A stretch of 64,000 nt of DNA, from NCBI RefSeq assembly GCF_052425735.1, contig NC_135760.1:24366001-24430000 (forward strand), in the 5' to 3' direction. How positions within the stretch are numbered: the stretch's first letter is position 1; every line of letters begins with the position of its first letter. Shown one piece after another: positions 47,245-60,761 of this stretch. The notes under the pieces were generated by a model. It ran no database searches. It saw nothing but the letters and a program-made list of their open reading frames with translations, and had not been told where the DNA came from. Position numbers and translations under genes: made by a program. Source of the DNA: Oculina patagonica (taxonomy: Eukaryota).

Positions 47245-50200
47245 TTAATTTCGAAGTTCTTCTGTCCAGTGGGGACCATCAGTATTTGAATCTAAGATCT
47301 GTTCTGTCTGATCACGATGCTTCACCAAATCTCGCCATAAATAGGTATTGGAACAGGTTGGACAGTCACCTTCCACTGGTATTAGAAATGCATCTTCCCC
47401 ATTATCCTGAAGGAATCTCTTTGCTAGGCACACCAAATGAGCCTTCATTGGACAGCTGTCTGTGATGCAAGAAATGCAATTGTCTACATTCTGAAATGAA
47501 ATGGGCAGATCAAGAAAATTCAGAAAGGGGAGGCTGAAACATTTTGGCGAGGCATCAACCTCGCCTCAGCCCCAACAAACTCTCTAAAGGCAGTTGGTTA
47601 CATTTTTTAAAATAAATCCAAGGAAAAAGGGGGGAGGGAGGGCTCTTCTAAATCCTTAATAGGGGAGGGAGGGCGCTACATTATTTACTTCATCCTGGAG
47701 ACATGGTGAAAGATAACTAGGTTGAGAAAATGTTCAAATCACTATGTATGGCTAATGGTATGAAGGATAGAAAGCAAGGTTAGCCTGCAAACAGGCTCCC
47801 TAGTATGGCAAAGGGCACAAAGAATTTGATAGGTAGATAGATAGGATTGGTTACAGTCAAAGCTAACTTTTTTTTTAAGTGGAAATCATGCATTCATACC
47901 ATACCTTAATCTTTTTAGAGCATTCAATGCATTTATAATAAGTGTTTTTGACATCTTCTGCTTTCTCACTGTCCACATTCTTGCCTTTTTTGGTCTTTCT
48001 CTTATTCAGAGGTCCATAGACTATTGGCATGTGTATAGGAGGCAGCTGTTCTACATCAAACTCCATTCTGTATTCTTGTTTCAGCCATCTTATTGTGAGA
48101 GGAAGTCGGTTCCAAGGACCAACATTAAGCATTGCAGAGAGAACTCTGAAGCAAAAATCAATGGGTCTCTCTTTGGACCTCTTGTTGACAACATGTCGCA
48201 GACGTCTGGATTTCCCTGGATTTTGCCATGCCCATTCAAACTGCATTATCATAATAAATAAAAAGTTACCTTTAGCAAGAAAAGCCTCTAATTAGAACAT
48301 AGTGATCTGAGCTAGTTTAGCTTCATACCGTACTTTCCTTTAGAAAATTTGGGCTTTTGTACCCCTCCCCCTCTGATTCTCCTTAGTTTGACCTTCCCAA
48401 GGGTGGGTACTGGACACAGGTATGGAAAGAAAGTGGGCACTGGTCTTGAAGTCTTTGTTCACCGACAATAACTGAAGCTTATTTCTTTCTTTCCGTGTAA
48501 CTGGCACATGGAAAACACAGGTAACTTGTGTAAGTCAAAATAAATGCTTTGTGCAGCTTTTTGCGACTTTTACGAAGATCACAACTTGATTTCTATAAAA
48601 GTGGACTTTCCTGATCTTGTTTCTTTTAAGTGACATTTTCCTGAAATCCCGCCTCGTAAAAATTATCGCAAATTCATGTGTCCCGTTCATAATTTCAATC
48701 CCGAATCTCGCTTCCTTTTCCATCTAAAATCCTGGACCTTGGCCTTCCAATAAGCCAAATCCTGCTTCTCGAAAAACCTATTGGGACCCTTTTCCCTACT
48801 TCTTTTTATGTTCTCAAGCTCTCCATCTTTTCTAGCAGCTGCTATGCAGAAGAGACAGGTATTTGCATTTGAGTCTTGCTCACCAATAAAAAAAATCTCG
48901 ATGATTTGGTAAGTGCAGAATGCAATATGATATGGAACAATTGAAAGTATGATGTTTTATATATGTTCGTGTTTATTTGCTTTATTTTACTTTCGGAAAA
49001 ACTGTTCACAGGCTACTTGTATTCTTTCCCAGGTGTTCCTTACATTAATCTTTGCAAACGTAACACAACACTTTTGTTCGTTTGTAACAAAATACTTTTG
49101 TTACCGTAACATGAAACTCTTGTTTTTTGTTTGTTTTACGGCGACATCGATGACATTTGTTTAATTTAATTAAGTTACGATTTAAACTGCACGAAAGACG
49201 ATTCTCAAAAACTAAAGAACAAATCTAATCAAAAACATCTTTTTCGAAAGGGTTTTTAAAACGCAGTACCGCTAGGATATCTGTTTCCTGGTTATGAGCA
49301 GTTTCACGCCGAAAATCCCGGTGCAAGTTTTTGCATTCCTAATTATGAAAGCGCTATGAAAGTCTAAAAATCTAATTTAATTAATTTGTGGTTTTCACTT
49401 GGCGCCACGAAGTCTGCAGGAATCCTACCACAAACACGCAATACAGGTGATGTTCATGAGAGTTCCAGCAAAAAACGTAGACAAAACTGCGCATGCGTTT
49501 GGCGTAAAGAACGTTGCCCTAGAACGTCGAGTAGTACCACAAGGAGAGAAAAGGGTTTTCTGAAACAAATATATATGTTTGAGATCTTCATATGAAAGTA
49601 ACGTAGATGTGCTCCAGGTTTTACCTAGGGGTACGGTCAGGTGCTCCCCACCCCCACCCCCTCCACAAGGAATAATTAATTAATTGATATTAATTAATTA
49701 ATTAATTGGTGATTAAAAGTTTACACATTAGCGCGTTAGGGGTTTAGGGGTTTAGCAGATGACAGCCCACCAAACCATCACAAAAGTGCATTCTGCACTA
49801 ATAACTGTACAAAGTTATTGATAAGATTAGTGCTTAATATGAATGCCAAATTTCATGAGCCTAATAGATAAATTAAAGAATGACTGTGTGTTTTCACTGA
49901 CCTGTAAGGCAATTATGTCACTAGGAAAGCCGTTTATGATAAGTATCATCTCCCTGTGGACATCGTAAAAGAGTTTTTATTCAGGCTTTAAGCATAAAGC
50001 AACTAGGAGAATTTCTACATTTCTCTCTCCACCCATGAAACGGGATGCTAGTCTTTCCTTCTTCTGGGTGGTGAGAGGAGCTGTGAGAGTAAAGTGTCTG
50101 TCCTAGAACACAAATTAAGGTATTGGGTGGGGGGAGGGGGAAAGGTTTGCAGATTGATGGCCTTAAAAAGTGCACAGACTGAGGATTTTTGCGATACCTT

Positions 50201-52844
50201 GTGCGGCTTTGTAGATTTCGAAATTACAGCAGATCCCAGAGTAGCTGAGAATTTTGGCCCAGATTCTGGACTTTTCATAGCAGGAAGTTCAGATTGTGGT
50301 AGCATGTGAACAGGCCCTCCGGTAAAGGATGGGGCAAAAAGAGAGTGGGAGCCTGTTCGCAGGCTAGGATACTAAATGAAGTTCGGATCACTAATCTATG
50401 GTCAGTCTTGATAAGTAAGTTTGCAGAATTGTTGCAAAAACAAACAATGAAACAAAACTTCTTAAAAATTGCCATACAAACATCTACCCGGTACTGTCCC
50501 TTGAAGTGGAACTATACCACTCAAGTTTTCAAATAATGTGGATGCAGATTGAAAAAATAGTGCTGGACTGACCGATTTGGCCAAAAATTAGCACCTGTCG
50601 GTGGATTTCTATACTCTTATTCACCCCCCTCGGTTAGGCTTTTGTACATTTATGCTTTTGTTTCCCCACTAAAATGCTCCACCTTAATGCTCCATTTTTC
50701 CCCACTAAAATGCTCGGTCTCCCTCAAAAAAGTCGCTAAAATGCTTGGATAATGCTTATTATACAAACAGTTTTTTAAAAAAAAAAAATTGAAAAAAACT
50801 GTTAACACTTACAAAAACGTACAAGTGTTGTAAGTAACAACAACGTATACAAGTTCATAAATACAGCCAAAACAACATAATCCTCGAAATCATCTACGAG
50901 GCTAAGTACAGAAAGTAGTTGACTATCTCTAGAAAGTTATTTGTAGTTGAATTTTGAGTTTTAGTCTTCATTTTCTCTAAAAAAAATTTTCTTTTTTATT
51001 TTCTCTGGAAAAATATTCAATTTTCTTGGGAAAATGCCACTAAAATGCTCGAATAATGCTCAATGCTTTTGCCTCACTAAAATGCTCGAAAAAATGCTAG
51101 CATAATATACAAAAGCCTACCCTCGGTGTGGGAACCCACAAGAGCCTATTTTTATGAAGCAGACAACCTGGTATAAATAATAGTTATGCAACGCTTTCGA
51201 GTGGTATACTATGGAATATCCCACGAGGCACTTGTATTTTCTTGGTATACACACGAGCCTTTAGGCGAGTGTGTATACCAAGAAAATACAAGTGACAAGT
51301 GGGATGTTCCATAGTATACCACGAGAAAGTGTTGTGTAACTATTTTATACCATGCCATAGAAAATACGCTTACTAAATTTCGTCGAGAATACAGTCGCAG
51401 CGCACTATGGGAAGGTTGGGTTGAATACTGTCGAATATACAACGGCTTTCCTGTATTCTGATTGGCTGTATTTTCTATGGCATGGTATAAAAACAGGTAG
51501 GGATTAGGCCAGGTATGAAAAACTAAAAATTCTAAGGAGTGACACCTCCTGAAAACATCCCTTGAGTAAACTGCAAGATAACATCAGGGAAGGGGGTTGG
51601 GAGCAAGACAAATAATTCTGTTTTAGCAATGAACAAACAAACAATGAGAGCCAAAACAAAAAGAAAGAGAGAGGGTGGACTGCAACTGTCAAATTGACCT
51701 TGACTTAAAGTGTATATGACATGAAAAATATTTGCTGCTAATTTGAAAGGCCTTTCGAAATACAGAAGAATGGCGTTTTTCTTTTCGAAATATCTTTTTT
51801 CGTTTCAGAGATATTGACGTTTTTGTATTATGCAAATTAGATCAGTGATGACGTCACAAGATTTGACTCTAAAAATGGTAAAATACTGAATAAACAATAT
51901 CTCTTAAACTATTAAAGCAGTGTTATTGGAACTTGGCACCACAATTGTGCATCACAAAAGAAACAAAATGTTACGCTTAGGGCTGTTGCCATGACAACAG
52001 TTTTGCCGCTGGTGCTGTCTCAACAAAAACTGAAATTCCTAGTTTTTGTCTTAAACCAACAACCATCTAGCGCAGCCAAACCAATGGTGGGAATTAAGGC
52101 AATATGGGAACTAGTCTGTTCTAAGCAGGACCCTTTGTCTCACTTAAGACGTCAGATATGGGGATACCGTTATTTGTCTTTTTGACAGAGAGAGACTGGA
52201 GCCGAAAGAGTTGCTATGACAACAATATAAGGGTGTCATTTTGTTCCTTTTGTGATGCACATTTGTGGTGCTAAGTTTCAAGAACACTGCTTCAATAGTT
52301 TTAGAGATATTATTTATTCAGTATTTTACCATTTTTTGAGTCAAATCTTGTGACGTCATCACTGATCTAATTTGCATAATACAAAAACGTCAATATCTCT
52401 GAAACAAAAAAGATATTTCGAAAAGAAAAACGCCATTCTTCTGTATTTCGAAAGGCCTTTCAAATTAGCAGAAAATATTTTTCATGTCATATACACTTTA
52501 AAAAAATTTGCATGATGACCCAACGGTTCATATTCCAAGGTCATTTCATTGATTTTTAACATTTCTAAAGGCTTGCTTGCTACCCGCATTCTAATGATCT
52601 CGAATGAATTTCAAAAGAAGTTTAAAAAACTCCTCGAACATTTGAAATTTAATACAAACCAAGGTCCTCTCCCACTGGTTCTGTAAGCGCCTCCTTTCTG
52701 TACCCCTCCATTGTGCTGTTTGATCCGTCGATTGGGATCAACAGTAAACCCGATATAAGTGCGTCCCTTGTAGCGAGGATTTAGGCAGTAAAGAAGATAA
52801 ACACCGAAGAAATCTGCCCCTGTGTTGTTCACACATTCATCCAT
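47245..52844 (-). CDS. SLX1: Structure-specific endonuclease subunit SLX1 (GIY-YIG + C-terminal zinc finger), 4 exons
   Basis: Exons 52660-52844, 49902-49953, 47905-48240, 47245-47490. Motifs GVYLL...[20 protein letters not shown]|FEWAWQ, and Cys/His cluster CIEC...C...C...HLVC...CPTC. Confidence 0.95.
50635..51119. mobile_element. hAT MITE with 8-bp TSD
   Basis: CCCTCGGT|TAGGCTTTTGTA...TACAAAAGCCTA|CCCTCGGT; internal CTAAAATGCT repeats. Confidence 0.88.
51170..51491 (+). mobile_element. Hairpin-capped Crypton-like mini-element
   Basis: Imperfect hairpin of about 165 nt (51180-51343), then IR TTTATACCATGCCATAGAAAATAC/GTATTTTCTATGGCATGGTATAAA; direct repeat GGTATAAA at both ends. Confidence 0.7.
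51709..52497. mobile_element. Kolobok-like MITE with about 260-bp TIRs in SLX1 intron 1
   Basis: TTAA|AGTGTATATGACATGAAAAATATTT...CATGTCATATACACT|TTAA. Confidence 0.88.
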
Positions 52845-53988
52845 CTACTTTCGTACGATCCGCGAAATTTCGAATTCGTTGTCCGTGAGAAAACTGGGGA
52901 GAAGTCCTTCCCGTCCGCCCCAGACCCTTCGCTTCGGTTGTTGGAGAAGAGAGAGAGAAGAGGGTAATTAAATTTTCATTTCAAAGAAGTTATACCTGTA
53001 GCCTCATTTGAAAAGTGGCATTAAGCTCATTCATCTGGTTCTGGAAGTCTAGTTTTTAGCAAGACAACACAAGCATAGCCTGTAGAACAGGCAGTTTAGC
53101 AGGGCGCGGGTGGGGAACAAAGCAGGAGACACAAATCTGAAGCCCGATTGAAGAGATGAAAAAATAATTACCTCTTCCCTCATATTCCCACTCCACCAGC
53201 TTGTTCTGCATAACCACTAGTCTGCATAGCTGGTGGGTTAAGCACGCCGCAAGAAAAATCGAGGGTGAAGTAAAGCAGGGATCTGTGAGCAGCGCAGCCA
53301 TGAGTGAAATTCCCGGCAGGATGTCAACTCCTCTCCTCCCCAATTCCCCCGCGTTTCGCAGCTCATCTCTGCCGTTCACCTTAAGAAAAGCACTCTTACT
53401 CAGTCAAAATCCTGCCAGCTACACAAGCTACATAACAACCTGTTCTGCAGGTCATGTTTACTTTCAGAACATTGTGGCATGATTTAAGACAAACTGATAC
53501 TGTGCCAGCATGTGCACTACAATCTCACATGATCCCTCATGATCAAGGAGAGGATGTAGAAGAATTTAAGACAAACTGATACTCTGCCAGTGCTGCCCCT
53601 TGCGAGAGGACATTCACATCAGTAAGTCAACGGTCTAAGTTGCAGAAGCTAGGCTCTTGAATACATTATGACTTTTGAAAATGGATGAGTAGCCGGGGTA
53701 AGACATTTGGTAAAATTCAAAAGCGATCTGTTAAAAAATTAGATAAAATATTTGTAGAGTAATGCAGACTGGTAGTCAAAAGCATGTTTTTATCAAATTT
53801 TTAACCAGCGATCGCTTTTGATTTTTTTACCAAATTGCTTATCAACAGGGGTAGACTGACTGCTGATGAAAGTGATGTAATTTTAAACAGTCTGTGCAAC
53901 CTTCTACATTACATCTTGTTGTAAAAGTCTGCACAACATCTGTTTAAAATAAAAATCACACAATTATAGCACAAGATATTTAGTATTA

Positions 53989-54622
53989 CAGTCAAACCGG
54001 ATGTTCTCTCGATGGGAACTTTGCAATGTTGCGTCACAATGTTCCAATATTGATGGACAGTTTGCTCGTCGCAACTTGCAACTTTCAATTCAAATTTACC
54101 TGAGCAAGTTGCCAAGTTCCGGTTTTCATTTTTCCCGTATGAAACATAATAATTTCACCTCTGTTTCAAAGAAGGATGAAATAATTATTGCCCTATGGTC
54201 AACTGCTTATCGAAAGACTGCGAGAAATTAGAGACAGGCTTAGTTGAAATCGCCAAACTTGGAATTGCACTTAAAAATTCAAATTTGCTCCGCAAGTTAC
54301 CGCTTGCATTTGTAATTTTGAAGTGTAATTCCTAGCTTAACAATGAAACTAAGCCTGTTGCTTATTTCTCGCATTCTGTTGACATGGTTGATGAACAGTC
54401 GAATAATGGGTAATTAATTTTCTGTTTCTTTGAAACAAAGGTGGTATAACCTCGTTTTATACGGCTAAATGAAAACCGGTACTTTGCAACCTGCTTGAGC
54501 AAATTTGAATTGAAAGTTGTAAGTTGTGACGAGCAAACTGTCAATCAATATTGGAACATTGTGCCGGAACATTGTGCTGCAACATTGCAAAGTGCAAATC
54601 AAAAGAACATCCAGTTTGACTG
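53989..54622. mobile_element. Long palindromic Tc1/mariner-type MITE
   Basis: TA|CAGTCAAAC.GGATGTTCT...AGAACATCCAGTTTGACTG|TA; the arms pair over most of the length. Confidence 0.85.
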
Positions 54623-54907
54623 TAAGCAATTTTCACAGAAATATAACCACAGGTGTAAAATAATTATTTTTTATTACTTCATCTTCTTTAGGCAGAAAGA
54701 ACATGATGAAGGTAACATACTGTTGATCAATTTTTACAGCATCAAGTTCACACACAGTTCAATCCAACCATCACAAGAGAATATGAAGCATTTTCCTTGT
54801 TGAGGTTTACAGTAAAAAGTCAGATGCATCCCAAGTATTCACAAAACTGCAGATTTTCTTCAAAAGTTTACAAGGCAAAATTCTTTAACTTAAGCACAAT
54901 TCCTTTG

Positions 54908-56934
54908 TTATTCATCATCATCTTCAGTGCCATCCTTGACATAACGGTGCTTTATGTGCTTCCACAGTTTCTGGTGGCAAAAGAAGGCAATAAAGTTATT
55001 TCTAATATTTAATAATGTATAATAACAACGGTAAAGGAAATCTTCAACTTCATGTACCGTATTTTCTTGATTAAATGGCAGATCTCAAATAAACACAAGG
55101 TCTCCAAGATGGAGTTGTAAATAAGCCCTTCAAGTATCTCTTTGATGTAGGTTTTATAGTAGTAGATATCCTAGTAGGTAGGTATTATAGCAAGATAAAT
55201 GGGTAGCAGGTGTTACAAGTCTGTCAAAAATAATGAATAAAACTACATTGAAGTTCAAGAAATTGAGGGTTTGTGGAATCAGGATTTTACTGTATTTCAT
55301 TACTGTGTGTCTATTGTGCAGGTCCATAAAATATTTATACCCACCCCATGGAAGGTCATTGGAAATTCTGAGGGGGTGGGGGGTCTCAAAAGCCAAAACT
55401 TGTAAAGGAAAGTATGGGGCTTTACTGGAATTTCTAGAGGTTTGGGAGGATTCAAACCAAAAAACCCTCTGTGGGAGGAGTATGGATATTTTCTGGAGCA
55501 ACAAGTTTTACCCTAAATCGTTTGCTGCTTAGACACAAAAACTTTGCAAATCTGACCTGTACAGCTAGCCTGCACAGCGCTCCCCTATTTTTCTCCGGTG
55601 ACTACAGCTGGGTTGAGGATTTGGTGAACTCTATCTCAAGATTGTGTTACTTATCTTTCCTTGTATAGGAAAGTAGTTAATGACCTATTTTAATACTTAT
55701 ACCTAATCGTACCTTTTTGGTACGCTTCGGTAGCATATCAGGCGAGTTTGGTCGAGCCATGGTTCGTATTTTGGCGAGACGCAGTCGAGCCAAAATACCC
55801 ATGGCGAGACCAAACGAGCCTGATATGCAGGCGAAGCGTACCAAAAAAGTACGATTAGGTATTTACCGTACCCAAATTCAGCCAAAAACCCGGTTATATT
55901 TATCGCTCTGTTGAAGCCATGCTTGCAAGGTACGTACTGCAAATTGTGTTGACTTGGTCTTCAACACTTTTACTAAGTTCTTCTTCTGCTTTTTTTTTTT
56001 TTTTTTTCACTCGTTTGTTTAGAGTTTCATTCTCTAAAGTTTCAAAATCTAAATTAAGCGAAAATTTTGGAAATTCCGACTCCATTTTTTCAGTCTGAAT
56101 GTCTCAGTACTCGTCGGCAAACATCGCGCAATTGGCGAGCGCGCTCATGTTTAGTTTTGGCGGGAAAGTTTTTCTCATTTTATGACCGCTAAACACCGCT
56201 AAATTTTTCAGTAATTACGAAGTTCTGTTATATTGGTACTTGAATTTCTTTTCAATTCATTGTACAGTAACACTACTTTACTTCAAAGTGACCGTGATAT
56301 GGTGGCATACCAGGTCAGTGACTTGATATCGTAGGATATCAGGACAGTAGATCGCGCTTCTGATTGGCTACTTGCGAATTCGGGTACGGTAAAAATGCCT
56401 AACAGCCAAGTGAGCTTTTCATCCACTTAATTGCCGAGCTTGCATAGTCGCATCGTGTGTCTGTTTCTGACACGTTTGATGTAAGCAAAATCCGACTTTA
56501 CCAGATTTTCTCTCTAAGGGTTGAGAAAATCTGGGTATGAGATAATGCTTTGGCAATATAACTACTGGCAGTGAGTTAGTTGAAGCAGCGGTCAACATGG
56601 TGGTGAGAGATCAGATAATTTGCTTTAATATATTGACCATGCTTCGAATCAGTGCCACTACTTCACTGAAATTTAAAGCAGTTTAGTCTCGGGATGACTA
56701 ATCATCGAAACTGAATATAAAGGCAGTTTAATTCGACTATAAATTGATGCACAGCAAGCTTGATTGTAAGCTTACAAAACAGTTGCAACTCACCCCTCGG
56801 TTCATGTTTTCCCATAAGTTATCCATTCCTTCATCAAACACTCTCTCAAACGCAAACGCTCCAACAATAATAGTAACCGCGAATGTGGACGTTCGACGGA
56901 ATAAAGCGTTGTAAACTGTTCTTCCAAGACTCAT
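54908..56934 (-). CDS. UQCR10: Cytochrome b-c1 complex subunit 9 (QCR9), 2 exons, 67 aa
   Basis: Exons 56794-56934 and 54908-54970: MSLGRTVYNALFRRTSTFAVTIIVGAFAFERVFD...NRG|KLWKHIKHRY. Confidence 0.95.
55315..55503 (+). repeat. PIF/Harbinger-like short MITE
   Basis: Same family as 18655-18806. Confidence 0.65.
55695..56393 (+). mobile_element. Hairpin-capped Crypton-like element in the UQCR10 intron
   Basis: Hairpin ATACCTAATCGTAC...GTACGATTAGGTAT (55699-55862), then IR TTTACCGTACCC.AATTC/GAATTCGGGTACGGTAAA. Confidence 0.7.
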
Positions 56935-57156
56935 TGTGACTCCTGAATCTTTCAGCAATCCAAACTTTGAACCGGCTTCTCAAACGCAAGATGGCGGCTG
57001 CGTATTTTATGTCGCAAGGGACGATGGTCATGTTTGTAGCTTGCAAAGTCTGATGGGATTTATACGTCATCTTCGCGCCAAGTTTGTTGGTACGAAGCTT
57101 GAAGGACGCTGTATTTTCATTTCTTTGCGATTCCTTGCAATCCTTTAGACGATCGG
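56935..57156. promoter_or_regulatory. Bidirectional promoter, UQCR10 / DCTPP1
   Basis: YY1 consensus CAAGATGGCGGC at 56987-56998; E2F-like TTCGCGCCAA at about 57072-57081. Confidence 0.65.
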
Positions 57157-59796
57157 ATGTCGAATATGTTGTGTAACGGCTCATTAGATCAAGACGAAGG
57201 CATGGATGTTCAAGGAGATGACACTTTTCGGTTCAGCGAAGAGCCTTCGTTGGAGAAAATGTAAGCTAAGTTTGGGCAGCGCACTAGCTTTTGGCAAGCG
57301 CTCGCTTATGTTCGATTATGTCATGTACACGTACTTTTTGTGACCTTTTGTTTTATCGAGGTTTTCAGATTAAATTTAACTGTTTTCTTGTTTCTCCTTA
57401 GTCGGCAGATGCAGTCCCAGTTTGCAAAGGAAAGAGATTGGGATCAATTTCACCAGCCCAGGAATCTTGTGCTTGCAATGGTATCTTATTAATTATTAAT
57501 AGAATTGACCTGATTTAGAAATGAGGGGAAATGAATGGTGTCCAAATCATACATATTACTGTTAGCGACTCTTTACAAGCTTTGTATGCCTTCTGCAGAA
57601 TTCCTGAATTGCCAGGTTTTTTAATTCCTGGTTTTTTAATTCCTGGAAAAGTATGAGAGTTTAAATTTACCTGGAAGACTGCTGGATTGCTGATTGAAAA
57701 TTTCATCACTACCAAACTAATCTAGCATTTTTTAATGTTTTAAAAATGTGCTCAAAATTGCTTTAATATTAACTTTTTTTCTTGATTTTGGACTAAGGTA
57801 CCTTAGATCCCATAGAATATTTTGGACATCAACTTTTCACATCTCAGCCTCAAAGCTTGCATAATAATACAAATGATCGTCAAAAGGAGAACCTTTTCTA
57901 GGTGCTATTAAATCTCTAGTGACAACGCTAATTTATTGGAAACTTCGGAATCTGCTATTGAAGAGTTTAGATTTTATCCAAGTTATTCGAAACAGTTTGT
58001 TATGACTGATATCTATGTTTATTGTCACATCTGTTTACAATGTCATCTATGTTCTGTTTTGTAGGTTGGGGAAGTTGGAGAAGTGGCAGAATTGTTGTAA
58101 GTATTAAGCTGTATTTATAAAACTTTCATCAACTTGTATGAGAAACCTCTTGCTTCAGTGAATATGGCTTACAGAGATTTGTTTCCAACCTAGGAACAGT
58201 GTATTGCTGCGAAATCAAAACAAACAATTTTTTGAGGTTGTGGTGGCTCATGAAGACAAAAAACAAACTTTAGTTCACAATTAATTGTTTCTGTATTATC
58301 TTCACTTCTCCATTTGCCAATGTCTTGTTTCTACTTTGATGTTTTTTCTTAAAAATTGTAGAGGAACTGATTTTAAGAATTTGTTGTTGTTGAATTTTAC
58401 AGCCAGTGGAAAGGCGAAGTACAGGAGGGGCTTCCAGGTTAGTCTCAAGGAGCAATAAAAAAAAATTGTCATTTTGGTCTTATCCAAACACTTTTCACCT
58501 GCATCAGCAGATCAAAGCTAAAACTGATGTGAAAATACCGTCGATTGCATCTACCTGTGAACGCTTTTAGCGCTTTTTATCTTTTTATCATTGTAACAAT
58601 TTTAGCAATTTATCTATTTTTAGCTTAGCTTTTTAGCTTTTTTACCTTAATATAGTTTTAATGTTTTATTTACACACGACCCCACAAGCTATGTAGCTTT
58701 TTTATCCCATCGTGTATAAATAAAGGTTTTGATTTGAACGCACGCGCTAAAAACATGATTTCAAATGACGTCAAACGTCAGCGTTTCAGGTGTCAAACTT
58801 TGAAGTTTAGCAGACCGAAACGCTAACTTTTGCACTCAAAATACTCACCATAAACACCGAGTACGGGCGAAACTTTACGCTAGAAATGATTCAAGTGAAC
58901 CTGTGTATGGATATCGACACAGATCAGCATCAGTTTCTCACAAGAAGTTTCTATATCTAATCTTTCCGCCATTTCGAAACCGGAATGTGTTAAACTTTCG
59001 GCGCGAAAGTTTCCATTTCGGTCTGCTAAACTTCAAAGTTTGACAGCTGAAACGCTGATGTTTGACATCATTTGAAAACATGTTTTTGGCGCATGCGTTC
59101 ACAGGTAGATGCAATCGACAGTAACAGGCATAACAGGCTTCTTGTCCAAAATGTAAAAACTATATGTTCCAGTTATACTTGAAGCATTGATTAATCCTTT
59201 TTGGGGCACTTGGAAAGTTTAAGGGCCAATTTAGATGGCACAACTTAGCCCCATGTGTGAGCTTATGTCAAGTCTGCAACACAAATCATTTAATGTAAAT
59301 CAAACCTACATTTTGCTTGCATTTGCCCTGTATGACAACAGCATTTTGAAGCATGTATTGTTTCAAAACCCTACGACAGTTGTAGCATCGAACATCGTTA
59401 TATGAACGATGCTATACACAATTTTTGCATGACACGAGCAGCAGGCACAACAAAAGTCACATGCGTAGTACCCTCTTGATCTGCCCTATGATGGACAAAT
59501 CCCATTTAAGAAGGAGTAAACTTAATTTCTGACATTAGTAAGCTCTTTAACTAATATTTGTAAAATTATTATTTTTTCTTCCAGATTGGTCACCCAAAGA
59601 GAAGCACCATCTTGCCCAAGAACTTAGTGATGTACTAGTTTACCTAGTCAGACTGGCAGAAAAATGTCACGTTGATCTTCCACAGGAAGTAGTAGCAAAA
59701 ATAGCAGTTAATTCCAAGAAATATCCTGCCGATTTGGTCAAGGGATCAAGCAAGAAATACACAGAATACAAGGAAATGAATTCTTCAAAACACTGA
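57157..59796 (+). CDS. DCTPP1: dCTP pyrophosphatase 1 (MazG-like all-alpha NTP pyrophosphatase), 5 exons
   Basis: Exons 57157-57260, 57402-57480, 58065-58096, 58403-58437, 59585-59796. Motifs FAKERDWDQFHQPRNLVLAMVGEVGEVAELFQW, QELSDVLVYL, KYP..LVKGSSKKY. The start codon is less certain than the body. Confidence 0.93.
58538..59121. mobile_element. TA-flanked palindromic MITE carrying a LINE 3'-end insertion (58565-58734)
   Basis: TIR C.GTCGATTGCATCTACCTGTGAACGC; the insert is bounded by TSD TGAACGC and ends in AATAAA-GGTTTTGATT. Confidence 0.8.
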
Positions 59797-60761
59797 CAGA
59801 TGAACCTGTATATCTTCTAGGAACTTCAATTTCTCTTGTTTGTAATGAATGTAAATAGGGGATGTATGTGTTCACCGTTTCATTCAGGGGACACAACTTA
59901 ATATATTTAATTTGTTCTAAGTAGGATATTTTAAATCTTTAAATTATTTTAGGACTTACATTGAACTCAATGTAATTTTAAATTATTTTCTGCTCTCAAC
60001 TCTTAAAAATAATTTCCTTGTAAATGTGTAAAAGAAATTTGTACTTTTTTCCTTTTTAAGGCATGATTTAATGTAACTATGCATTTATGAAAAGCATTGT
60101 GAATAATGTTGTGTTTAAGTTCTTCTGATAAAAGAAAAAACTTTTACTTGAAAATTTATCTTTGTCAGGAGCAATAATGATATTTTGATATTTGCAAACA
60201 TGACTAAATTTTATTTTGTTTCTACGTATGTCAACAAAAGGGCTCTTTGTTTCAACAGCCAACAGATCTTTTGTTGGATATAGGGGAACTTAAAATTAAT
60301 TCATTGCTGTTTTACTGTGGTCGATTTTAACCCAGAAATTTTTTGTTTATTAAAAAAAAACAAATTAATGTCTTCTTGTTATTTTTAGTCGTCAATAAAA
60401 CAGGTTCATAGCTGAGTGTACCATATGTGAGCGAGCAACCCATGCATGCCAGAAATCCCAATTCCCAAGAAGCTATGTAAGCTAACTGTAGGCTAACCAG
60501 AGTGCCATTTAGGTTAACCAATGCATGCGTTATTCAGGCTAACTGGAACTGCTCACATTACTTACAGGCTCTCACTTTGTCAAGAGCCACTGCAGCAACT
60601 TGGAGTATTGCTTCTTCACCCAGGGTGGAAAGGAACCGTAGAATTTACCGGTACCTTTCACCCCCTCCCCCCAAAAATGCCCTGCTTCACAAAAGTGACA
60701 CTTTTAAGTTTTTAACATTTTTCATAAGTGGCTTCCAATGGTGGAATAGGCGGCTGTGAAC

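Noticed and set aside
57481-57490. DCTPP1 intron 2 donor GTATCTTA resembles a U12 donor
   Set aside because: It mismatches GTATCCTT and no TCCTTAAC branch site precedes the acceptor.
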